This document shows, in pieces, positions 37,801 to 48,932 of a DNA stretch of 64,000 bases. The notes below the pieces were generated by a model. The model did no database searches. It worked only from the letters and a program-made list of their open reading frames with translations, and was not told where the DNA came from. The number at the start of each line of letters is the position of its first letter. Positions within the stretch are counted from its first letter, which is position 1. Position numbers and translations under genes: made by a program. The DNA comes from Microbotryum violaceum (Eukaryota). The DNA lies in assembly GCA_001244265.2 (NCBI GenBank), contig CDLV01000005.1, positions 2,108,001 through 2,172,000 of the forward strand, in the 5' to 3' direction.

Positions 37801-38901
37801 AGCTCCTCGTCTTCCTCCTTCTCCGTCTTCCTGCCGCGCGATTGGTTCTTGCCCTTCTTGCCGGGGCCCTTGCCTTTGGTCAGAGCCTTTTCCGACTCGG
37901 CAAGCATTTTTGCGAACTCGGGGTCACGCTGGGCCTGAGGGCGACAAAGAAGGCAGACTACTGCGTCAGTACAGCTTTCCTATTGGCCATCGCGGTGGGC
38001 TGAGAACAAGCGCGACTGACTTTGAGATCGCAAAAGTGACGGAAGAGATCAGTCTGGCCGAGGAGGTAGGAGAAGCGTTTGATCGAATCGGCCGACTTGA
38101 GTCCAGCTTGGGCGTGACGCCTCGAGGACAACTGAGAGCAGTTTATAGCTCAGTCAGCTTCATGTTCCGATGATCACACTTCCCTAACAAAAAAAAAACC
38201 GCACCTGTTGCTTGACCTGTTGCCTGTCTTCCTTCCTCTGCTGCGCTTGCTCGGCTTTGGCGATCTTCTTCAGCTCGCTCTTGGTCGACGCGCCCGGTGC
38301 AGCCTTCTTGCCACTGGCGGTCACATCATCGGCGGCATCGGCATCGTCGACCTCCATCTCGTCGATCTCGTCCTCCTCGTCCTCCCCGTCGGCGACGACG
38401 GAGGGAACGCGGGAAGCGACGCGCGAGATCTCGTTCGAGTTGGGCACGTAGTCGCTCAGCTTGTCCGCGTCGTCGCCGCGAAGCGCCAGCTGCGGGTTGG
38501 GCGCGAATCCTGTCGACGAAGACGAGGACGACTGCAGCAGAAGACAGAAACGGTGGTCAGTCATGAACTCGACGGCTTCATCCACCAGGTTTGATGGGTC
38601 TGAGCCGATTGTGTCTTCCTCCTTCACGGCGCGAAACGATACACACGGAAGCTGTCGCCACCGCTATCCTCTAGACGCGTTGGAGCGCTACCACATCCTC
38701 CAAGTCGCCAGCTTCTGTACAGCAACCCGAGCTAGGTGAAAGCTCGATGCTTTGGACCCTGCGTAGCCGACGGGGACGAGCAACCGGCTACGCGACGGGG
38801 AACAGAGCATGATGCTCCTGATCGCACCATCCAACGCACGGTACGGATACCGGAGACACGAGAAAGACTATAGAAGGCATGAAGGGGAGACTCACAGCCA
38901 T
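34837..38901 (-). CDS. ISW2: ISWI-family (Isw1/Isw2) SNF2 chromatin-remodelling ATPase with HAND-SANT-SLIDE C-terminus
   Basis: [71 protein letters not shown] and [20 protein letters not shown] domain [11 protein letters not shown]...[17 protein letters not shown]. The probable first exon is only 6 coding nt (ATGGCT|GTGAGT, 38901-38896), spliced to 38531. Confidence 0.93.
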
Positions 38902-40032
38902 AGCAGTGACAAGTGCGCGGTTCAAGGAGCTCGACTAAGGGAACACGCGAGGGAACGCGTACAGCGCACAGGTGACCAACAGCTACAACAGTGCAAGGTG
39001 ATGCCCGGATGAAGCTTAGGCGGGTACAACGATGATATCGTCACGGTGCAGAGCAGGGGACGGTTCCGGATGTGTTGGTGACTCGGCGACGTGCGAGGTT
39101 GCGTATGGGCGAAGTTCACGATGCGCGAAGCGCGTTGGGCGCAGAGGGTCCCAGTCGCTCCTCGTTACGGTTAGTTCGTCAGCCTCAGCCCTCTATGAGC
39201 TAGTCAGCTGCTGTCAGAGCGGCAGTGGCCTACAGCCTGCCTCAGCACGACGGTGAAGTGGCTGGCGAGTCGTCGAGTTCAAACCGAATGCATCACCAGA
39301 ACCCTCCTTTGCTGCGAGCTCAGGTGCTGCAGTGCAGACGTGAGGCAGAGACAGCCCCTGTCTTTATCGCCCACCTCCGCGGGAACGAAATTCATCTTGT
39401 ACCTGCCCCAACACCACGGGACCACTTTGGTTTTGCTTCCACCTACTTATCAAAGGTAGCCCCGGGTATGCACAATACACTCTAGCCGAGCCACACCGGG
39501 CCGTCGGCACGAGCTGATCAGAATTTTCAGGCGCCCCTCGAGGAATATTTATCGGATGAGCGAGATCCGACAGACGTGAGGAAGTACAAGATGCCACAGA
39601 CGCGACGGGCAACTCGCCGCATCGGTGCGGAGCCGGCCCTGGCAAGCTGTACCAACACCGCGAGTACTTCGGCGTCAACGTCTTGTTGCCCGTTTAACAA
39701 AGCTACCGCCAGCCAATACAGCCGTCTTCGCACCTGTAGTTCTCTTGTCTTTTCCTACCTTTTCTCTCTTCTAAGGCGGGGGGTATCCTTGGTTCTTTTG
39801 TTGTACTCAATTGTCATCATCCGGTCGTCATACAGTCGTCCTTTATCGCATATGATCAATTCGAATGTGCTTGTGGGCATGCGGGCATGCGGACAAGAAT
39901 AGCGATTGACAGAGAGGGGCACTCGGCTCCTGACCGTACACAAATTAGCATCAAAACTAAATCAAAACTAAACATTGCCTCATCATAAGTATTGTCAACT
40001 AAAATTACCAAGAAACGTGTCATCCGGAAACA

Positions 40033-41576
40033 TCAACTACTATTACCAGGGAACTGGATCGGGCAAGGCACGTCGTCGATCGAGACGGGGTGTGTGTGGT
40101 AGGTGCCGATCAGACCTATGAGTTTCGTTTTGACGGACATGGTGAGGTTCAAACCTGGGCGCGTCGTCGTCGGATAAATGGTTTGGCATGCTTGTCGAAC
40201 GGCTTTGACTGCAGGGCAAAACAGTTGATCGAGCGCCGTGAGCACGACACTGCCGCAGCGAGTCCCGCATCGTACGGCGTCATCCACAATTTCCCTTACA
40301 GGTGGGCTCCGAGACCGACATGTTACCGGACCACGTCATAGGGATCTATATGGTATGAACTGATCAGCTTACACAGCCTTTGATGGGAGTCATCGTCATA
40401 GCTCAAAAGGCGTTGCACAAAACTGACTTGGTAGATCGTCGAAGTTTTGCCATTGACTTTGATCCCTGTTCGTGGCCCCTGAGCAATGATCTTTCCCGTC
40501 TCTTGCAATGAAAGCTGCACCTGAAACATCGAGAAGATGATGGGAATGTAACTCGCCGAGGCGTCGACTGCGAAAATCATCCCAGTCCACGTCAGAACTG
40601 TCCGTCACTCTCGCCGACCAGCGCTTGAGCAGAAATCAGGAGCTTCACTCACTATTGACGAGGAGATCCGAGGTGAAGTAAAAGAATGCCGGACTGGAGG
40701 ATGTCTGTGCGACTGTACTCGTCTTGATGATCGGATTCGAACCCTGGAAGTCGACACCGGGCACTCGAGGCAAAAGAAAGTAGAGTATCAAGGCGACCCT
40801 ATCGACATGATGTTCGCAGCTCGGCTTCAGCAATTCTCCGCCCGCCACATGGGACTGCCCCGATCGATCACACCGAGGGGGCTCACACTACGATCAAAGC
40901 CAAGACAATAGCAAGCAGCCACTTCCAATGCCTGCCCACGAAACCTTTGACTCGTTTCACCTTGGCCTTGAGCGGTGGGACAGCGCGCGGGTTTTCGCCT
41001 CGGCTCGAACCACGCTTGCCCCAGTCCGTTCGTTTTTCTCCGATTGCCCAGTCGTGCGTCGCCAAGATGGGTTGTTGTACCGTTTCGAGCACGTTCGTCT
41101 TGGATGTGGATCTGTTGAATACTTTCCGAGGAATAAGTGAATGTAATCAAACAAGTGTCACTACAATGGAATCCAGCGACTGAAAAACCTTGGCCAAGGC
41201 GCTAGTCGAACGACGGCCGCCTTTCAAGTGATTCAATAACGTACGAAGCGATGTGGCCCATCCCGGGGTGGTACATCGTACTCGCTCGACGTGGAACAAA
41301 GTCATCATAAGTGGTAGTCCAACCACCCTCGTCTTCATCGTCCTCCTCATCAGCGTCCTGGTAGGTCGAAATCCTCGGAGTGGACGTCGACGTCGCGCTC
41401 GACGCCGTCGCTCTAGATTGGCAAGCCGGCGGTTGCGGCGAACGATCCGATGACCTCAACTCGGCGTCCGACGGGTTGTCCTTTGACAAGGTGTACGCGT
41501 CAGCCGAGGAGTATTCGCGTGACAGATGGGACGAAGTAGGTCGTGTCATTCGTGCGTCGTAAGAAGGCCGTGACAT
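40033..41576 (-). CDS. Single-pass membrane protein with LEA_2-like beta-rich ectodomain (multi-exon)
   Basis: A disordered N-terminus, then a basic stretch and TM segment KRVKGFVGRHWKWLLAIVLALIVV...LILYFLLPRVP, then beta-strand-like segments ending VPCPIQFPGNSS*. Internal exon limits are approximate. Confidence 0.6.
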
Positions 41577-41966
41577 CGGTTTTCTCGAGGTGGAGGGATG
41601 CGTAGAAGGAGAGCCAAGGGAATGAGAAAGAGTGCACACTGCACGGAGACGTTCGGTGGAGGAGGCAATGAAGGTGAACCGGTGAACACCCACAGCCACG
41701 GCCGCCGCGCAAAGAACGTTTCGGACCGAGACAACCCCCATTTTACGATTGGAGGTTCGAGCAACCCTGATTAACACCAGCAGACGAATTTCTAAAGGCT
41801 CTTTGGACGTTTGCATACCTCCACACGACGACTAGAACTCGTTTCAAATATCCTTCATTGCATTCACAATTACTTTGCAAAGCTTGAGCCCCTTTCTTCG
41901 TACAAGCTCCAATCGTTCTCTCCCACTTGTAACCGCTTCGGGTACTTTACCACGGGTCACACATCA

Positions 41967-42751
41967 TCAAGCTTTCAGCATGTCGTGACCCCAATTCTTT
42001 AATGAGCGATACGCCTTGGTCTCGGTCAATTTGTTCTCATCTTTGCTCTCCTTCATCTTGCCCTCTTGCGCGAGATGACGAGCACAGTAGGCGCAGACCT
42101 GAGCGTGTATAGACAGACAGTCGGCTAAAGTATATGGCCGTAAAAACTCTTATAGACCAAGTCGGCTTGCTTACCTTGCGCATATGAGCCAACTCATCTT
42201 CCGAAGGATTCTGAGGATCGGAACGAAGGATCTTGACCTGCCCGGCACAGCGTCCACCAAAAGAACCAAAAAAAAGTGGGGGGGGGGGGGGGGGGGGGGG
42301 CTTACCACATCAGTGAAAGCTCCAGCACCAACACAACACCCAATACCAACTTGGAACATTTCAAAAACCCACTCACAATCTTCCTGCCGGAATCATGCCC
42401 GACAGACTCCCCACCCGCGCCATCATCGCCCGTCCATCCCGATCCTTTCGATTCATCCGTCTCGAGCCATTCTTCCAGTTCTTCCGGGGTCATGTTCACG
42501 TACTCTGAGCGAATGGTTCGATCAGCAAGCCTAATCTGGGCTCTCGTAAGGAACTACAAAAAAACAAAAACAACGTTGGAGGTACGACGCGGCAACATGC
42601 CTATTGATCGTAGAATCCGATCGGGTACGACGTGACGTAGTCCACCCCCACATCGACATCGACGTTCGCTACAACGCTACGACGGCCGATCCACCAGGCT
42701 CTTGCACTCACTTTGGAACTCCTCAATAACTTGCTCGTCCGATTTACCCAT
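41967..42751 (-). CDS. DUF3140-family small protein (4 exons)
   Basis: Spliced product: MGKSDEQVIEEFQ...YVNMTPEELEEWLETDESKGSGW...GESVGHDSGRKI|VKILRSDPQNPSEDELAHMRK|VCAYCARHLAQE...RSLKNWGHDMLKA*. Confidence 0.85.
42278..42300 (+). repeat. G23 homopolymer inside intron 2 of the DUF3140 gene
   Basis: 23 consecutive G, preceded by an A-run. Confidence 0.95.
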
Positions 42752-43291
42752 ATTGCTTTCAGCCGCTTCGGAGGGGAGGAGGGTCTATGGACGTGGTTCG
42801 TAGTAGCGGGATGAGGAAAGTTAAGGTCAAGCTGGAACGGAATCGAGTATTATCGCTTTCGCCTCTGGCAGGCGCGCGGACCAGCACGCGCGCCGGGATC
42901 GGAGTTGCTCGATCGCTTCGATGGCCCTCTCCGTCCTCGGGTTCTCCAGCAATGATCAAGGTGTAGCAGTATGCCAACCCAAGTTGGTCACCCAGCACGA
43001 TTCGCTGCAAAGGAACACGATGAAAAGGTGTCGTTACAGTTGCTGATGTAAGGAACCACAGTGGAGCTAGGACAGACAGATCAAGCCGAAGAAAACGCGC
43101 GTCAACACAATGGAGATAACGAGTTGCTACAAACAATGAAAAAACGAGAAGCCGAATATATGTGAAGTCGTCAAAGAAGAGTCAGCAAGCGCGCCGAAAT
43201 CAAGAGGCGAAAGCGTCTTTTAAGAGGATCGACGTTGGACGAATCATGGGGGTGGGTGGTGATGTGTGAGGGCGAGTATGATAATTAAGTT

Positions 43292-44735
43292 CTAGTATTG
43301 TCCGTATTGATTCCCTTGGCCTCCGTAGCTGCTCTTTTGAGGTAGAGGAGGGACGGGGGGATCTGGGTCGATTACAAGCACGCGAATGATCAGCTTCGGG
43401 GCTCGTTTGTTCAATTGCATAATAACCCCGAGGTACTTACAGCCCTGAGTGTTGAATGTAGATTGCCCCTGGGCTCCATAGGCGCCATACCCACCCGGTG
43501 TATGAGCCAACACGTCCTCGTCGTTATCACCCCTCAACAGGCTTTCCTTGACTTCCCATACGGCCTGCTTGGATCCCACAGAGAACTCGAGGTCCTCCTT
43601 GGTGATCGAATCCCAGTACTTGTACACCATCATCACCGCGAACAAGGTGCACAATGTTGAGAAGAAGAGCCCATCGATGTAGTGCGATACGGCATCGCAG
43701 ATCGTGACGGAGAAACCGTAGAGCAACGCTTGGCCGATGACGAAGAAGGCCGTGCCGAAGAGGATGTCGCCGATCGGCCAGCGATCGTCGAGGGTGCGGA
43801 TGACAAGGATGAGTTGTAGGACGATGTAGATGACGAGGCACGCGAGGTTGAAGATGAATTCGACGATCCAGAGCGCGGTTGGTTTCGAGCGTGAGAAGGA
43901 TGCGAGTCCTTTGAAGGTCGCGATGGCGATGAAGCCCGAGAGGAGGAAGACGCCCAGGCAGGACAAGCGGAGGGACTGTACGATAATGTGTGGGTACGGT
44001 CAGAGATCACTGCACCATCTCGGGATGTCCGTTCTTCGAGAGCCAGACCAACCCAGAGCGAAAGCGGAGTGCCGTCCTCCCACAGCTGGAACCCGACAAA
44101 GCCGTTCCAGAGCAAGGACCAGAACGTGGCGCAGATCAAGCCGAGATGAATGGCCGCGAACCACTGCCAGAGCAAGAGGGAAAGTGTCAGCTCAGCGGGA
44201 GCAGACTGCTTGACTGCGTGATGGCTGCCGAACGGGTGGCTCTAGAGCCTGCGACGCGTCAAGGGAGAAACGCCCAACTGACGGGATAAACGGTGGACGA
44301 AGAAGGGATGATGCCCGAGTCGAGAAAGATTGCCAGAAGCTCGACGACAAAGTAGAGGTAAAAAAAAGTGACGATTTCCTTCCTGCCTACAGCGGTGTAT
44401 TTGGCTCGGATGTGGAGGATCATGACGGCGACCATGCCGAGCGCGGTGATGTGCAGGAAGCTCGTGGCTGAGGAAGGCGTGCGCCACGGTTTATGTCAGT
44501 CGATCAAGCCACTCTGCGCTCGTCGCGAGTGAACGCCAAGTGGTCGCGGTCGCTTACCCGGTTGGAATATGAGCGTGGAGCCAATCTCGACATTGCGCGC
44601 ATAGCACGTTGGGGAGATGCCATAGCCACCCGAGGTCGAACTTCCCACGAGTGGACAAACGACCAAGGCGGCCTGGGTACAGATCCAGTCGTACGAGCCA
44701 AAGCTCAACGAGGTCTCAATCGTCGCTGTTGACAT
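43292..44735 (-). CDS. CHS7: Chitin synthase export chaperone Chs7
   Basis: FGSYDWIC...VCPLVG...[49 protein letters not shown] and [43 protein letters not shown]. Confidence 0.93.
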
Positions 44736-45760
44736 TGCTCTGGTGTGGTTCGTTCAAAAGGCGGGTGGGTGTCGTGATGGGTCAGGACGCTGGCAATGCT
44801 CGCTGGCGTGGCTCGGTCGGAGCGTCGTCGGTTGAGTGCTGCGTCGGCGCTGGCGCTGGGCGGCGGCGGTCGTACGCGGACGCGCGCTGCCAGGTGGTGT
44901 GTGATCGTCGCAGAAAGCCTGGCGCACGCTCGTGAGATGGAGAAGAGACGGGGAATGAAAAAAACACGCCAGGTGTCGTGGTACAAAGTCGGATACAGGT
45001 CGGTGTGTGTGCGTGTGTGCGGTGTCGGGGTTGAGAGGTGTACAGGGACTAATGTGCACGGGTCCAAAGCGAGCCTTCGTGCCGGGGTTTCGCACCATCA
45101 AGCTCCATCAAGTGTTGCTTGTTGGGCGCGATCTGGAGCGATCGCTCGACGCTCGGCTTGCGTTTGGGCCTTGCGCGACCAGACGCTGGCACGACGCGTC
45201 TCTGCGGCGATCCAGACGCGCATCTCCTCTGCCGCCCACCGTCGTGACAGTCGCACCATTTTCACCCCATCCCTGTCAAGGTGAGCAACCCCTTCGCTGT
45301 CTTCGTCTCATCCCGACCACCAAAGCACCTTAGAAACATGATGACGTCTTTAAATCATCCTTGTACGTCGATGAATGGGCCTTGTCCACCCAACCCCACT
45401 CCAACTTCGACGTTGTGTGGGGCTTCCGGTGAGATCAGGCGCCAATCGAATGAGCGACACAATCTTAGACGGGCCAAAAGTTACTGTTGACGCGGTAACT
45501 ACCCCACATCCGAGCAGGGGGACAGATGGGATGAAGCGAGGGTACGGATTTCATCAGAGGCTTTTCGTCTTCTGCTTGGTCCTAAGCGGCCCCCAACCAT
45601 ATTCTCGTCTTTGATCTTTTCTCTTGGGTGTGGCGTGTTACGATCTGATTTCTCTACGGATGGCTTTGGGTCGTTTGACGTGGATTTTCCATGGGACAGG
45701 TCGATCGAACGCTGACACGTTCTCAACCTTGTTCAACAGGCTCGACTTGGCGATTTTAAC

Positions 45761-48309
45761 TCACTCCCCAGCCCTCTCCTCGAGCGCATGCTGCAATCGA
45801 GCCAAGCTTTCCTCCTTTCCCAACGTTAGGACCGTCATGGGGACACCTGCACCCACCTGAGAGAGAGAGGGAGAGAGAGAGAGAGAGGGAGAGAGAGAGA
45901 GAGAGAGAGAGAGGCCCCACGAAAAACACGTCAGCTGTCTGACCCCCCTCTGAAGAGAACGTAGGAGGCTGCTCACCTTGGTCGCCGTCAACGCATGCCG
46001 AAGCGACGTCATTACGTTCTTACTACTCCCTCCCGGTTTGACGAGCGTGTTGAGTGTCTCAATCATCTTGGGATGCGTCTCGGAAGACCAAATCCAGGCT
46101 TCGTCGGGTAAGGTTTGCAGTAACTCGATCGTGGAAGACAGCGTCTCGCCTGTTGGGCGCAGCGTGCTGAGATGAGCAAGGCCCCGAAGGAGCTTCAGAG
46201 TGCTTGAGCAAGACGTACGATAGATCAACAAAGGCACGCTCTTGGCCATCTGACGCGCCAATTCGGTCGTGTAATCAGGCGGGGAGAAAAAGTAACGTCC
46301 TAGTCGAGGGATGTCGTGGATCGTGTGGAGGCGTTCCTGTCAGTTCGATGGTATCAATCGAATTCAGTGATGTTCCAGATCAAAGCAAGGGAGATGAACT
46401 GACCTTTAAAGCCTCAATCACCTGTCCCAAATAGACCGGATCGTCCGTCTTTTTTCTACTCACGAAATGAGAACACAACCCATCAGCTCTTTATTCACCC
46501 CACTTATCTCCACCATCCAGCGAACTCACGCATCCCCAATCTCCCGCTCTACATTCGCTTTCAACCTCTCCACCATCTCCTTTCTCCCTTCCTCCTCCCC
46601 CAATTTCAGCTTGACATGTTCTCGATTAAGATACTCCAACTTGCTCAAGTTCATCGTCGAGCGATTCTTGTTGACGCCTTCGAGGGAGAACTAGCGTCGT
46701 GCAAAGCACGCATCAGGAGTTGTTCACATCCAAGAAAGACTGCGAACAAGACGTACACGTTTTATCATCTCCTCCATCGTGAGCACATGTCCTTCTTGAC
46801 CCGACGCATCAACGTTGGTCGACGTTGTGGCTTGGGGCGACCAACCCATCAAAGCGACGAAATTCAACAACGCTTCGGGTTCGTAGCCCTTGTCCTATTC
46901 GATCATTTATCAAGTCCCATCCTCAGTTTTTCCATGATGGTAAAGAGGAGAGAGGTATGGCACGTACGATGTATTCTTCCACTCTTACGTCCCCTGCTCT
47001 TTTTGAGAGTTTGGACCCGTCTTGGTTGACCAAGAGAGGAAGATGAGCGAACTGGGGAGGGTCGATACCCAAGGCTGAGTAGAGGGAGAGGTGTTTGGGT
47101 GTTGAGGGCAGCCATTCCTATCACGAACGAGACGAGGGGCGTCAGCGAACTTTTGAAAGTGGGACGCTCTACGATCAGATGGTGTTGCTCACCTCCCCAC
47201 GTAGGACGTGAGTCACCCCCATCGAATGATCATCAACGACGTTCGCGAAATGATAGGTTGGTAGTCCCTCCGTTTTTCGTAGGACGAAATCTTCGATGGG
47301 TAGAGAGGGGTAGGTGATGGTATCGTAGACGAGGTCGTGCTGGGTCATACCACCACTTGAGCTCTGAGAAGGTATGAAGAGGGAGCGTGAGTACAGTCAG
47401 TGATGCCAGAGAGAGAGATGGGGCTCTGACCTTGAACCGAACGACACTCGCTTCGCCTTGATCCAATCTGGCCTGGACCTCCTCCTTACTCAATCCCAAG
47501 CACTTGCGATCATACGTCGCGTTGCTACCCTGTTTTTGTAACAGCTTGCGCGTCGATGCGAGTCGTTCGGCTGTACAAAAGCAGTGGTATGCTTTGCCGG
47601 ACTGTGTGGTGGGGGTTCGGTTGGTCAGGTGGGGGTCTGTTCGGGTTCGGAGCTGGAACTTGGAAGGACGTACGTCGATCAAGGGTTGTAGAAAGGCGTC
47701 GTATATATGCTTTCGTTCTGATTGAGAATATGGCCCGTTTCCACCATCTCGGTAAGGCCCTGCCAGAGAGAGTGATCTCATGCGCGATCAGTCTTTTTGG
47801 CGGAAAGTTCTTTCTCGGAATCGTTTGCGCTGACCTTCATCGTAGTCCAACTTGGCCCATCGAAGGGTCTTGATCAAGCTCTCGACAGCACCTGGCACGA
47901 ACCGAGTCTGTTCAAATTTGCGCAAGCAGGGGAGGAACGACCTTTTGTCAGCTCTGAACCCTACTCGTATGAGGTTCGTGGGGGGGGCTCTACGGACCTG
48001 ATCGGTATCCTCGATCCTCAGGGCCCAAGTTGCGCCGAGTCTTTTAGCAAGTAGATGGTTGTAGAGGACTGTTCGGAGACCACCGAGATGGAGATATCCC
48101 GTAGGGGAAGGGGCGAAACGGAGTTTGGTCGGTTTCTGAGTCGTGGACGGCGTGGATGTGGTTGAGCAATGACGATGGGCGTGACCTTGGCCGCGTGGGG
48201 AGGACCGGATCGGGAGCGAGCGAGATGCGGAGGTAGCTTGAGGGGTGAGACATGATTGGGAGAGTTCGAGTAGGGTCACGGGTAGTCTGTGCCATTTGAT
48301 GATGGACAT
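45761..48309 (-). CDS. MSE1: Mitochondrial glutamyl-tRNA synthetase
   Basis: A presequence-like N-terminus. HIGH region [18 protein letters not shown], then [23 protein letters not shown] and [18 protein letters not shown] (KMSKS-type). Anticodon-domain end LRHALT...VGAGVP...[10 protein letters not shown]. Confidence 0.92.
45859..45913 (+). repeat. (GA)n/(CT)n microsatellite, about 55 bp, in the last MSE1 intron
   Basis: A gagagaga... run with two ggga interruptions; it abuts the 3' splice site at 45857. Confidence 0.95.
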
Positions 48310-48932
48310 GGTTGTTCGCGCCAGCCCCCGATTCGTTCAGAGAGGACCAGGGGGAACAGAGGAAAGGGGGCTCTATTCGGCGCCTATTCTACGGGCACGG
48401 GCTAACCCACGCTTATTCGCCGCCTATTTCCTGCTTAGTCCCTGCTCAGTCGCTGCTTACGGCGCTTGGGCTGAATGGCGCGCGGCGGCTCCGAGCACGC
48501 TTGGCCCTGTTCCCTCCTGCACCGCTTACCTCGCACCGACGACTTGGCTGTCGTTTGTGTTGTCGTAGTTGGCATACACCCCAGCCCTCCGTGATCGTCG
48601 CCCGCATTCGTGCTCTTGTCGGCTCTGTGGCGTTTTGTGTGGTGGTTGCGTTGCGCGTTGGACCGTCCCGACCTGCCGGGACCACATCCCCTTACGACTT
48701 GACGACACCCACACCTACTCGACGATCGACCTAGGACGTATCGACCGGTGTATCTCGTGCTTCGGGTCCAGTCGACACGCCCATTGGACGTACACGACAA
48801 CGCCAGTGACGACGACGACGCGAGTCCAGCAACCCCAAGTCACCCGTGGATCCGCTGTCTACGCCAGCCCGCCCCACTGGATCCGCCTACATCCCATCCC
48901 ACCCTTGATCAAGCGCCTTACCCGTGTTCATC

